IMG/VR virus record: IMGVR_UViG_3300043447_000710
Location: 64,001-128,000 of that record
Origin: a virus
Taxonomy: Duplodnaviria; Caudoviricetes
Direction: 5' to 3' (one strand)
Length of the DNA stretch: 64,000 nucleotides
Made by a program: the position numbers and the translations under genes. This document shows, piece after piece, positions 1-8,502 of the stretch. The notes under the pieces are model-generated. The model searched no databases and was not told the origin of the DNA. It was given only the letters and a program-made list of their open reading frames with translations. Each line of letters starts with the position of its first letter. The stretch's first letter is position 1.

Positions 1-698
1 ACAATATTAACTCCGAGTTTATTACCACTACAAAGATGACAATTGGAACACGTAGTTACGCGCCCGGCTTCGACCGAAGCCGGGCAAGAAATTTCTTTTG
101 TTAATAGAGGGGAGTACGCCTGCTTTACTCTGTACGTTTGCCAACCTAAAGATTGAGCTAGTGCGGCTTCGCTCTCTGTAAACACTGAAGCCATCAAATA
201 GGATTTATAAAATTGGTTTTCGGGGAATTGCCACCTACGTGTATAACCAGTATGACTAAAACCTTTTGGAACTATCTCTAGCTGCTGCTGCCATATCGAC
301 AAGGGGACGGCACAAGGATCTCCATAAGAACCGATTCTTAGGCCGTAAGTCTGATAACGAAAGTTTAAAAGCTTGTTAGCATCCTTACTGTATAGCTTAT
401 ATTTTCCTTGTTTGTAGTTGCTGTAGATTTGAGATAATGGCATTTGAGTAACGTAACACAATCTTTGACCGTTAGCTTGTCTTCTTAAAGGACAAGTCCC
501 ACAAATACTATAATCATAGCCACGATCGATAGCTTCATGAGGATGAACGTCTGCTCTTAAGATCCAAGTCTGAGCCATCGGACCCGTTTTGCTGTTAGTA
601 GAACACTGTTTTAATCCAGTGACCGCAACAAATATAGGTTTGTTGTCGATCCTAGAACGGCCTTCATACAAAATCAAACCATTAGAATTAAACTGCAT
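1..698 (-). CDS. Cys-rich conserved phage protein (gp88-like, possible Fe-S protein), runs off window start
   Basis: Hand translation from ATG at 698: MQFNSNGLILYEGRSRIDNKPIFVAVTGL...KTGPMAQTWILRADVHP...SICGTCPLRR...CYV...LRIGSYGDP...HTGYT...CPAS...TCSNCHLC; absent from the ORF track because it is incomplete. Confidence 0.75.
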   Translation of the reverse strand, partial: MQFNSNGLILYEGRSRIDNKPIFVAVTGLKQCSTNSKTGPMAQTWILRADVHPHEAIDRGYDYSICGTCPLRRQANGQRLCYVTQMPLSQIYSNYKQGKYKLYSKDANKLLNFRYQTYGLRIGSYGDPCAVPLSIWQQQLEIVPKGFSHTGYTRRWQFPENQFYKSYLMASVFTESEAALAQSLGWQTYRVKQAYSPLLTKEISCPASVEAGRVTTCSNCHLCSGNKLGVNI

Positions 699-707
699 AA
701 ATAAAAT

Positions 708-727
708 AGGCGGTCCTTCGACCGCCT
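708..727 (-). terminator. GC-rich stem-loop followed by a U-rich tract on the minus strand
   Basis: AGGCGGTC-CTTC-GACCGCCT perfect 8 bp stem, then ATTTTATTT on the minus strand. Confidence 0.55.
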
Positions 728-748
728 TGTAAGGATTAATTAATTGTT

Positions 749-1087
749 TTAAAGGTCTACCCGCCTAAAGTTAGTGGCTCTTTGTAAACCGTACTCCGTA
801 CGCTGTTTATTTATTCCATATTTATTACTTTTGTACCCTTTAGTGTACTGTTTTACCAACGCCTCAAATTCAATTTCGTCGCCAGGTTTAAGCCCTAGCT
901 TTGTAATGCTGCCCTTAATCGAGATCCAACAATGGTCGGCAACTTCAACCTGCAAGTCAGTAAGCGTTACAAACGTAACTAAGATAGTATTATAGCTTTT
1001 ACTTTTATAGACTTGCTTGCCAAAACGTTCTACTACAGCGCGAAATTTACAGCGGCGGTTTTTAAGTTCCGCTAATCTCTTTCTCAT
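749..1087 (-). CDS. Conserved hypothetical protein (possible OB-fold; probable start MRKRL at 1087)
   Basis: ORF track; the ATG overlaps the upstream stop (ATGA coupling); motifs DHCW, GDEIEFEALVKQY. Confidence 0.6.
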   Translation of the reverse strand: MRKRLAELKNRRCKFRAVVERFGKQVYKSKSYNTILVTFVTLTDLQVEVADHCWISIKGSITKLGLKPGDEIEFEALVKQYTKGYKSNKYGINKQRTEYGLQRATNFRRVDL

Positions 1088-2532
1088 GAGAAATTGACAA
1101 ATGTATCTTCTAACCAGCGAGCGTTCCAAACTTCAAATCCGCATTCTGTTAGAGAAACTCCAGCTAACATATCGCAGTAACTAGAGGGTGCAACGGTTAA
1201 GTTGACAGCATCTATGTAGCAGCTAAAGGTTCCCTCGGAAGTATAGTAAAAAGCGCGCGGAATTCCTAAGCTTTCAAATTCGTTCTCGAACTCAGCGGCG
1301 ATAGCACTATCGATGCCAAGCTTTTGCCAAGAGTTAAAAGAATATTTAGCCACGCAGTCTGTAATAGAAGTAGGCAGCCAAGAATAATCTACAGTTTTAA
1401 AGTTACTGCCAAAGCCAACGCTTTTAAAACCTAATACTGTTACATTAAGAGAAGCTTCAAATGCTACCTCAAGAATGGCTTCAAACTCTTTTTTTGAAAG
1501 AGTTCCCATTGGAATTTGAATGCTAACTTTGTTAAGAGAAACTTTATAAAGTTGGCACTCTCGAATCAAGTTTTCTACTGCGGCACTTGTAGTTACGCTG
1601 TACGCAAAGGCTCCGCAAAGTTCTAGCGCTTTAGGCGCCCATCTTTCTTTGAGCCAGCTTAGCTTTCTAGTTGTAAAATTCGGTACGATTCCTAGCTTTC
1701 GCGCCTCCGAGAGGATTTCTACAAAGTCTGGGTGAGATGTAGTTTCTCCTCCGCCTAAAGCTACTTCAAAGACTTTAGCGGTAGATAAGGACATCAAAAT
1801 ACGTTTAATCCAGGTAAGGTCCCCATACTTGCCCTGGGTAGTACTAGACTGATAACAAAACTGGCAGCCGACGTCGCACCAGTCAGTAATCTTAATGTCT
1901 ACAAGTTCTGGTAAAGCGGCTTTAACAATGGGCTTATCGTGAAAAGAAATGCGAGTCTTAGTGCCATTAGCTCTACAGAACAAAGTCCAAAAGTCGTAAG
2001 TTTTATCGTGCCTGACTACCCAATCTTTAGAAACGCCTTCTATAGGTAGTAGATTAGGGTAGCTGGGGTAGCTTGAAAGTTCGTGTTCTTCCTCATCATT
2101 GTCGTTACCTCCTAAAATAGCTAGGTTAGGATTGCTGAGAATAAAAGTTTCGAAAGCTCTGTAGAAGTTCATATCGATTTCTGGACTGCGATCTCGACGC
2201 CCAAAACTAACTGGAAACGTAAGCAAGCTTTGATGGTCTACATACGCGCCAAGATCGTGTTCTACTCCTTGAATATTACGACTTACAGTAGGACAAAACT
2301 CTTTGGCTAAAACTTTAGCTATGTTGACACCAAAGACTTGCTTAAAATTGTTATAAAGACTGGCTTGTAGATACATCTTTTTCGACTGTGCTTTAGTCGC
2401 AGTAAAGAATCCCCAGCCGAAACTAGGCTTATCTACGTTGTCTAATTCAGGAGCTGGGTTGGGCAGTAGCACCATTGAATGCGTGCTGCTGCTATTTGTA
2501 GCAAAGCCTAAACGAACGTTAGAAATATGCAT
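1084..2532 (-). CDS. Radical SAM protein with N-terminal RxGFxTNSSS-motif domain
   Basis: CDVGCQFC (CxxxCxxC), GGGE motif, HPDF, NFTT; N-terminus RLGFATNSSSTHS. Confidence 0.85.
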   Translation of the reverse strand: MHISNVRLGFATNSSSTHSMVLLPNPAPELDNVDKPSFGWGFFTATKAQSKKMYLQASLYNNFKQVFGVNIAKVLAKEFCPTVSRNIQGVEHDLGAYVDHQSLLTFPVSFGRRDRSPEIDMNFYRAFETFILSNPNLAILGGNDNDEEEHELSSYPSYPNLLPIEGVSKDWVVRHDKTYDFWTLFCRANGTKTRISFHDKPIVKAALPELVDIKITDWCDVGCQFCYQSSTTQGKYGDLTWIKRILMSLSTAKVFEVALGGGETTSHPDFVEILSEARKLGIVPNFTTRKLSWLKERWAPKALELCGAFAYSVTTSAAVENLIRECQLYKVSLNKVSIQIPMGTLSKKEFEAILEVAFEASLNVTVLGFKSVGFGSNFKTVDYSWLPTSITDCVAKYSFNSWQKLGIDSAIAAEFENEFESLGIPRAFYYTSEGTFSCYIDAVNLTVAPSSYCDMLAGVSLTECGFEVWNARWLEDTFVNFS

Positions 2533-2568
2533 AGGAAATAAATGTAAAGTTTTTGCAGAAGCTTTTCT

Positions 2569-3375
2569 TTAAGGATCTGTAACCTCAAAAATATCCATAT
2601 AGCTAACCTCTTCCCAAGCATCTTGACACTTAAGGCGAACTCTCAAAATGTCTCGTGAAATGTAATTTTCTATATCGATAATTGTACCGACGCAAGTGAT
2701 ACGAGGATTTTTGGGGTCTTGCCAACCGATACGGTCTCCTACCCTAAACTCAAACCTCCAGCTATCAGAGCGGCGATCGCAATAAGAAGGCAAGATATCT
2801 TCGGCGTTAACAAAAAGCGTCACTTGTGGATGGGTATAATCAGAGCTTTCAAATAGATCGATTTGGAATCGCATCCCTGAAGTTTGCGGGACTTGGTTTA
2901 CCCAGCCTTGTACGAGCATTTCATCTTGACTGCTCCAAACTATTATCTTATCGCCTTTGACTAAATTATGGCGCCAACTGTCTAAGGCTGAAAGCGATTG
3001 GCTTTGTGATGGCATGTCTATAAAACGCGGATCGATTTCAAGTACCTCGTCTTGCGGCAGCTTGCTATCTTGGTTCGTAACATAGACAGTATGAATAAGA
3101 GATTTTATTCCGTTTACCTCGCTATTGACTTCTGCAATTAATTTTTGAAGTGATTCGTTAGAGAGCGATAGGTAGTTCGATCGATACTCAAAGGAGTGTT
3201 GTCTTCCCCACTTAGGCGTAAGAGGACAGCCAAACAGCTTCTCTGTGGAAACATATTCTTCACAGATCGCCGGAGGGTTTTCAGTAGATATAGGCAGAAA
3301 AACGTGAATTTCGGCGACGTAGTTTTGATATGAATATCTATGCCACTCAATGCGGATTTGATAGGTTTTTGTCAT
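2569..3375 (-). CDS. Hypothetical protein with two C-terminal SH3/Tudor-like repeats
   Basis: DSWRHNLVKGDKI and DSWRFEFRVGDRI repeats. Confidence 0.6.
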   Translation of the reverse strand: MTKTYQIRIEWHRYSYQNYVAEIHVFLPISTENPPAICEEYVSTEKLFGCPLTPKWGRQHSFEYRSNYLSLSNESLQKLIAEVNSEVNGIKSLIHTVYVTNQDSKLPQDEVLEIDPRFIDMPSQSQSLSALDSWRHNLVKGDKIIVWSSQDEMLVQGWVNQVPQTSGMRFQIDLFESSDYTHPQVTLFVNAEDILPSYCDRRSDSWRFEFRVGDRIGWQDPKNPRITCVGTIIDIENYISRDILRVRLKCQDAWEEVSYMDIFEVTDP

Positions 3376-3392
3376 TTTAAGTTTCTAAAGTC

Positions 3393-3502
3393 TTGATACT
3401 CTCAGCTCTAAAGAGACTAAGATTCTTGAAGAGTCCAGAGCCTGAACTTCAAAGGCGCGCACAATGTGCCTCTACTGATTCCGCTTAGATCTAATCCAAG
3501 CA
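3393..3502 (-). ncRNA. Orphan TnpB-type omegaRNA 3' part / IS605 right end (tnpB C-terminal remnant)
   Basis: Near-identical to 5232-5335; encodes LDLSGISRGTLCAPLKFRLWTLQES; ends GAGCTGAGAGTATCAA. Confidence 0.85.
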
Positions 3503-3541
3503 TCATAAGAAATAAGTGGGAAGTTGGGAAACCCAGTCTCT

Positions 3542-4873
3542 TCAGAGCTGGGAGGAACAACGACTCAAGCGGCTTTCGCCGCCTGAATGCGCTGAAGATA
3601 AAAACTGATAACTGTAGCCATCCTTGCAATGAATCGTCGTACAGTACTTATGGTTAATTCCTTGAATTAAGCCAATGTCGGACGAGATATTGAAAGACCC
3701 AGAAGATCTAACAGCTATCCGACCGACATACTCGCCAACCTTTTTGCCACTAGTGACAACAGCTCGCACGATATCCCCAGTCTGAAAGCCTTTAACAAAC
3801 TTGTTACGAGGCACATGCCTGCTGGGAAAGCCAAACTTGTCAGTACGACACATTTGACGAGTACCGTGACCTTGGCACTTAATTAGTAGGGGCTTGTTAA
3901 CCAGTACCTCTAGCTTTTCAACCGCACCAACACAAGCAGCATCCAACCAATGAGTCTTAGGCAGTTCTAATCGAGTTCGATTGAATTTAGTCAGCCCGCC
4001 CGAACCAGTAGTAACAAGCAAACCTGTTAACTTCAGGCGATCGAACAATGCCCAGCGGGTTGAATTTACCGCAGCAGCATCCCGAAGCGGACACTTAGCC
4101 TGGGACTGAATCTGCTTGAGTAACTCAGGTTTCTTAGCTAAAAACACCTCGATCGCTTGAGTCCCCTTCTTCTGATTGCATTTCTCGCAAGCCAAGCATA
4201 GATTTGAGATCCGATCGGAGCCACCTTTAGCCTTGGGTTGGACATGCTCGATTTGAAGTGGAACATTCTCGGCCTTGCAATAAGTACACTTTCGATCCCA
4301 CTTGTTGAGTAGATATTCGCGTACTTCGTACCCAGCAAGAGTGCCCTGCTGATATTCCACACCAGAGATCTCGGGATTCTCTAGTTGTTGTAAGTCAAAT
4401 CGAACCAGCTCAGTCACGATCGATCCAACCGGAGCGAATCGAATCAATTTGTTAACCCAAGTGAGAACAGTTTCAACCCGATGTTGGAGGCTAGGAGCCA
4501 GCCAACCTTTGGGACGAGTGCGATTGAGGAAACGAGCTTGACGATAGCGAGTATGTCTGGCACGACGGTTGCGACGGATCGATCGTCTAGCATCGAGACT
4601 GGCTTTAATTGCCAAACCGCGATGGGTGAGTTCTGCCGCCCAGATAACCCGATCTTTTTGAACTAGAGCGATACCAGTAGTTCTAGAGCCAGGGTCTAGC
4701 TTAAGGGTTGCAGGTGTTGGTGTTTGAGAAACCTCAGACTTGAGGATGATGGTAAAGGGATACATGCGGTAGACAGCAGCCTTGCCAGCATTTAATAGTC
4801 TTCTAGCTGCGCCAGGGTGGATGGGATCTAGAGGCTGTTTGTTGGAATCGATAACCAGAGAATAGTTGGACAT
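3542..4873 (-). CDS. iscB: RNA-guided endonuclease IscB
   Basis: PLMP N-terminus, RuvC-I LDPGS, Arg-rich bridge helix RRSIRRNRRAR, RuvC-II ELVRFD, HNH CTYC...IEHV...NLCLACEKCN, RuvC-III HWLDAAC. Confidence 0.95.
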   Translation of the reverse strand: MSNYSLVIDSNKQPLDPIHPGAARRLLNAGKAAVYRMYPFTIILKSEVSQTPTPATLKLDPGSRTTGIALVQKDRVIWAAELTHRGLAIKASLDARRSIRRNRRARHTRYRQARFLNRTRPKGWLAPSLQHRVETVLTWVNKLIRFAPVGSIVTELVRFDLQQLENPEISGVEYQQGTLAGYEVREYLLNKWDRKCTYCKAENVPLQIEHVQPKAKGGSDRISNLCLACEKCNQKKGTQAIEVFLAKKPELLKQIQSQAKCPLRDAAAVNSTRWALFDRLKLTGLLVTTGSGGLTKFNRTRLELPKTHWLDAACVGAVEKLEVLVNKPLLIKCQGHGTRQMCRTDKFGFPSRHVPRNKFVKGFQTGDIVRAVVTSGKKVGEYVGRIAVRSSGSFNISSDIGLIQGINHKYCTTIHCKDGYSYQFLSSAHSGGESRLSRCSSQL

Positions 4874-4879
4874 AAATGT

Positions 4880-5111
4880 CCCTCCTTACGGGTAATGTTT
4901 GCTTCGACCGAGATATTTAGGCTTGTTAGACCAAAAGCACTACTCCAGTGACCTTAGAGTTGTTTAACTAGTGGTGACAGAGCGGGGGGCTAGCATACGC
5001 ATCCCAGGGTGTCGTGACCTAAATATCGGCTCCTAGTAAACCAGGGGTCTGGTCAGCATGGCTTCGGGTGATTAGCCTGAAGCCCCGTCTCTTTAGAGCG
5101 GGGTTGCTGAC
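4880..5111 (-). ncRNA. IscB omegaRNA (HEARO-like) scaffold
   Basis: Starts GTCAGCAACCCCGCTCTAAAGAGACGGGGCTT...GCTGACCAG directly upstream of iscB; guide predicted from 5112-5131. Confidence 0.85.
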
Positions 5112-5231
5112 TAGCTTCGAGAAATCCTGTAATGTCTGGATTGAGAACATAGTAGCCGTCGATTTCTTTGTAGATACGCCCAGACTCCACAAGGTTTTCT
5201 AGCCAGGTCTTATCCAGCTCTTGCCATTGAC
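5112..5231 (-). pseudogene. Relic of a phage gene disrupted by two IS insertions
   Basis: Open frame QWQELDKTWLENLVESGRIYKEIDGYYVLNPDITGFLEA between the two element ends. Confidence 0.45.
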
Positions 5232-5246
5232 TTGATACTCTCAGCT

Positions 5247-6530
5247 CTAAAGAGACTGAGATTCTTGAAGAGTCCAGAGCCTGAACTTCAAAGGCGCGCA
5301 CAATTCGCCTCTACTGATTCCACTCAAATCCAACTTGAGTTTCACCGCTACTTTCTTGAGAATATTAGCCGCACCGTTGGCATCTGAATTAACTTCAGTA
5401 CCATTAGAAGTACGGTACAAACCTCTTTTTATCCGACTACCAGACGCTTTCCACTCAATGGGTTTTTCACCATAAACGGGGATAGTATCTGCATCTAAAA
5501 AACTAGATTTTGAAGTGTAGGATTCCTCCGTTTCTTCAAACTTAATTCCATAGATATCGCACAACTGCTTGATGCGCTCTTTCAATCTACCAGTGGGAAT
5601 CTGGACAAATTTTTGATTTGTCTTCCTTCCCATATTTACATCTTGCTTTTGACCTTTATTCCAGCCAAACACTAGGGTGCCAATCCGATTGGCTAGGCAA
5701 TGCTTGATTACTAGTCGAGCAGACTTATTTACCGCATCACGCATGACGCGATTGCGCTTTTCAGTTATTCTTGCCAATCGTTTCGACCAGAAGCCATTTG
5801 GCTTATTATCCATCAACCGAGCAACGGATTTGTTGTACCACTGATTGATGGATTTTAAGTGCCTACCATCGACGATAAAACTAGTCCCAACATTAGATAC
5901 ACCCGTCAACCAGTTATCAACACCGTGGTCTAATCCTAAGCATCTTGAAAATTCTAAATCTGCTTCTACCTTTGAATCTAAATAAACAAATTCTGCATAA
6001 AAGCAACTATTTCTGGGTAGAATCCTCACCTCTCGGATGGCTTCAAACTCTAGATTCGATGGCATGGGAATCGTAAAGCTTTTAATCCCAAACCAAGCTT
6101 TAACCTGCAAGCCTAAAGGAACTCGAATTTTCCCCTCTATTAACTTTAGGCATCGCTTGGGAAATGTAACTATTTGATAACCACCAGGTTTTCGATAGTT
6201 AGGGAATTTAGGCTTGGCATCTAATTCTCCGATATGAAATTTCTTGAGCAGCGCAAAGAAGGAGGTGATTGACTCGCCGACCGCTATACATGTTTGTACC
6301 GCAGCGTCTGATGGCAGGGCTGAAAAATGCCTACTTTTTCCTGCTTCGTTAACTAGATCGAATCCACTCACACCACGATTGGTTTTAAAGTAGATTTGTC
6401 TAGCATAATACACAGCGCAGTTATGGAGTGAGTTTGATTCGGTGCAAGCATACTCTAGTATGGCTCGTAGCTCCGGATCTGGGGAGAGCAAGCATTGCTG
6501 CACTCCCATTAGTTTCTTGGATTTAGACAT
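5247..6530 (-). CDS. tnpB: TnpB RNA-guided endonuclease (clade with rearranged RuvC-II, no Zn finger)
   Basis: GLDHGVDN, VFGWN with EESYTSK, NSDANGAANI; PKFPNY motif. Confidence 0.92.
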   Translation of the reverse strand: MSKSKKLMGVQQCLLSPDPELRAILEYACTESNSLHNCAVYYARQIYFKTNRGVSGFDLVNEAGKSRHFSALPSDAAVQTCIAVGESITSFFALLKKFHIGELDAKPKFPNYRKPGGYQIVTFPKRCLKLIEGKIRVPLGLQVKAWFGIKSFTIPMPSNLEFEAIREVRILPRNSCFYAEFVYLDSKVEADLEFSRCLGLDHGVDNWLTGVSNVGTSFIVDGRHLKSINQWYNKSVARLMDNKPNGFWSKRLARITEKRNRVMRDAVNKSARLVIKHCLANRIGTLVFGWNKGQKQDVNMGRKTNQKFVQIPTGRLKERIKQLCDIYGIKFEETEESYTSKSSFLDADTIPVYGEKPIEWKASGSRIKRGLYRTSNGTEVNSDANGAANILKKVAVKLKLDLSGISRGELCAPLKFRLWTLQESQSL

Positions 6531-6574
6531 TTGGTAAATTTAGTTGATTGTTTGGCTATAAACGACTATGCTAA

Positions 6575-7012
6575 GTGGGTCGAGCTGTTGTTGAGATTAA
6601 GAATATGTTACCACTTCCTGAGTACAAAACCCATAACCATGTTAAGTTTTTGCTTAATTATCATTTTGTGTTCATTCCGAAACGACGCAAAAAAATATTA
6701 GTTGATAAAGTAGCTGGTAGAACTAGACAAATCTTCTTAGAATTGGCGATCGAGAAGGAGTGGGATATCTTGGCTTTAGAGGTTGCTCCAGACCACGTAC
6801 ATCTGTTTGTAGCAGTTAAACCAACCGATACTCCATCCTTAGTGGTGCGGATGTTTAAGGGTCGATCTAGTCATCATCTTCGAGCAGAATTTCCGCACTT
6901 AAAAAAGCTGCCATCCTTGTGGACTAGCAGCTATTTCGTAAGCACGGCTGGTAATATTAGTAGCGATGCGGTGAAAAAGTACATCGAAGACCCACATCAT
7001 GCGGCAAATTAG
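6575..7012 (+). CDS. tnpA: IS200/IS605 Y1 transposase TnpA (probable start MLPLP at 6605)
   Basis: YHFVFIPKRRK, DHVHLF (HUH), KGRSS, LWTSSYF, catalytic YIE. Confidence 0.95.
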   Translation: MGRAVVEIKNMLPLPEYKTHNHVKFLLNYHFVFIPKRRKKILVDKVAGRTRQIFLELAIEKEWDILALEVAPDHVHLFVAVKPTDTPSLVVRMFKGRSSHHLRAEFPHLKKLPSLWTSSYFVSTAGNISSDAVKKYIEDPHHAAN

Positions 7013-7112
7013 AGAAGGGACGAAGATTAAGGCGGCTAAAGCCGCTCGTGTCGCTTCCCTCTCAGGGCTAAAGCCACTGAGTTTCCCGCATCCCGCTATT
7101 TTCTTATAATTG

Positions 7113-7349
7113 AACGCACATTTGTTCTTGTGGGTTTGCTTGCGATCGGGATGTAAACGCCGGAATCAATATCTTGCAAAAGGGATTAAGTACCGTGGGG
7201 CACACGGAATCTTATAAGCTTGGGGAGTTCAATCCGCTGGTTTCGTTGGAGCAATCCTGCGAGGTTAAGATCGGACTGTGAGCCAAGAATCCCCTGCTTT
7301 AGACAAACAAAGCGTTAGCGAGTGTTTGGCGAAGCATGGGGAGTGTCAA
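7113..7349 (+). ncRNA. Second orphan tnpB 3' remnant with omegaRNA / IS605 right end
   Basis: Encodes THICSCGFACDRDVNAGINILQKGLSTVGHTE; ends GAATCCCCTGC...GCATGGGGAGTGTCAA. Confidence 0.85.
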
Positions 7350-7786
7350 TTAGCTCCTTGTTGCATCGATCTAAGTTCGTTTAAATTCTTCAGTGCTGAA
7401 TCGTCAAGATCTAAGCAAGACTCTAGCGAGCGTAGCGTGCTTAATGGTAACTCTCTAACTTTTGAGTCGTTGCGTTTAGACAACACATAGCCCGATAACA
7501 GCTTTTGCTCTAGTGTCGCAGCAGCTTCGGCTCGATCTGCAAATACTCGATCTGCAAGTTCGCGCCATTCATTGCTGCCCCAGTAGTACTCGATCGTACT
7601 ATCGGCGATATTGTAGCGAAACTTGTCGAGTAACCAACCCTCAACACGATTGTCAAAGCTACTAAACTTAGCGAATTTACGCCCGACTTTGCCGATCGTT
7701 GCTTGACTGACAAGTGGTTTTGTATATTGCCGATGGCGACCACTTGTTGATTCGGAAAAATAGATAATGTCTCCAGTTTTAAGCAT
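7346..7786 (-). CDS. Hypothetical phage protein
   Basis: ORF track; stop codon supplied by the IS right end (TCAA). Confidence 0.6.
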   Translation of the reverse strand: MLKTGDIIYFSESTSGRHRQYTKPLVSQATIGKVGRKFAKFSSFDNRVEGWLLDKFRYNIADSTIEYYWGSNEWRELADRVFADRAEAAATLEQKLLSGYVLSKRNDSKVRELPLSTLRSLESCLDLDDSALKNLNELRSMQQGAN

Positions 7787-7797
7787 TGTTTTGTCGG

Positions 7798-8217
7798 TTA
7801 TTTAATTAGTTTTTTGGCTTCGGCGGCAAGAAAATACTGCAATTCTACTGCCTCGCCAATGTGTACCTTGATAGGAAGACCGAAACTATTCGAGAAATAT
7901 AGCAATCCTGAGTTTTCTTCATCAAGTTCTGGAGGTTCGCCCGGTCCGTTGTTATCCATCCACCAAGCTTGAATTTCTTTGAGATTATCGCCAAGCCAAA
8001 CAATTGACGAACCGTTCGCCATCTTCGCGTCGGCTTCGTCTAGGCCGCTTGCTACTCCGGCTTGGTAGATCGCCAATTCTGGAGTCTCGGCAGATACCAC
8101 TTGTCCAGCGTAGTATTCCTTACTTAGTTTTCGATCTTCTTCAGTTGCATCTTTTTCTGCAGTGACTTTTATTTTGTTTTCGCCAATTAAAACGATGTAT
8201 TTTTGAAAAGTTGTCAT
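7798..8217 (-). CDS. Hypothetical phage protein (start MTTFQ at 8217)
   Basis: The longer start in the ORF track (8307) lies inside an IS left end. Confidence 0.6.
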   Translation of the reverse strand: MTTFQKYIVLIGENKIKVTAEKDATEEDRKLSKEYYAGQVVSAETPELAIYQAGVASGLDEADAKMANGSSIVWLGDNLKEIQAWWMDNNGPGEPPELDEENSGLLYFSNSFGLPIKVHIGEAVELQYFLAAEAKKLIK

Positions 8218-8303
8218 CTTTAAAGATTCTATCAGAAAACATGCCGAGAACCCTGTGCTTTCAAGCCAGGGATGAAGGCTAGCCGCAGCTTTTAAGCTGC
8301 CAG

Positions 8304-8474
8304 TCACTTACCATTCTGCTGCTCGATATATCTTCGCACAATTTCAGTGGACACATTGCCGACACTCCCTACAAAATAGCTGGGTGTCCACATACAAGGC
8401 AGCTTCAAAAGTTGGGGAAACTCTTCTCTTAACAGCTTGGCAGATCGTCCTTTAACGCGACGCATGATATAATG
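8304..8474 (-). pseudogene. tnpA: tnpA C-terminal fragment
   Basis: Hand translation HYIMRRVKGRSAKLLREEFPQLLKLPCMWTPSYFVGSVGNVSTEIVRRYIEQQNGK*; HUH motif missing. Confidence 0.88.
8465..8473 (+). promoter_or_regulatory. Extended -10 promoter for the HNH gene
   Basis: TGATATAAT (TGnTATAAT) about 30 nt before ATG 8503. Confidence 0.5.
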
Positions 8475-8502
8475 TGTATAGTCCTTGACCCATTTGCTGA
8501 CA

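Larger units (their letters stand above)
3507..5111. mobile_element. IS200/IS605-family IscB element (no tnpA)
   Basis: Left end TCAT|AAGAAATAAGTGGGAAGTTGGGAAACCCAG...CTGGG hairpin at 3507; other end at the omegaRNA 5' GTCAGCAACCCC (5111, minus strand). Confidence 0.85.
5232..7105 (-). mobile_element. IS605-type element (divergent tnpA + tnpB)
   Basis: Left end TTAT|AAGAAAATAGCGGGATGCGGGAAACTCAG hairpin on the minus strand at 7105; right end ...GAGAGTATCAA at 5232. Confidence 0.9.

Noticed and set aside
3417-3657. Short ORFs 3417-3629 and 3466-3657
   Set aside because: They span an IS left end and the tnpB remnant
5053-5301. 82 aa ORF as a real gene
   Set aside because: Chimera of an IS right end, a gene relic and the IscB omegaRNA
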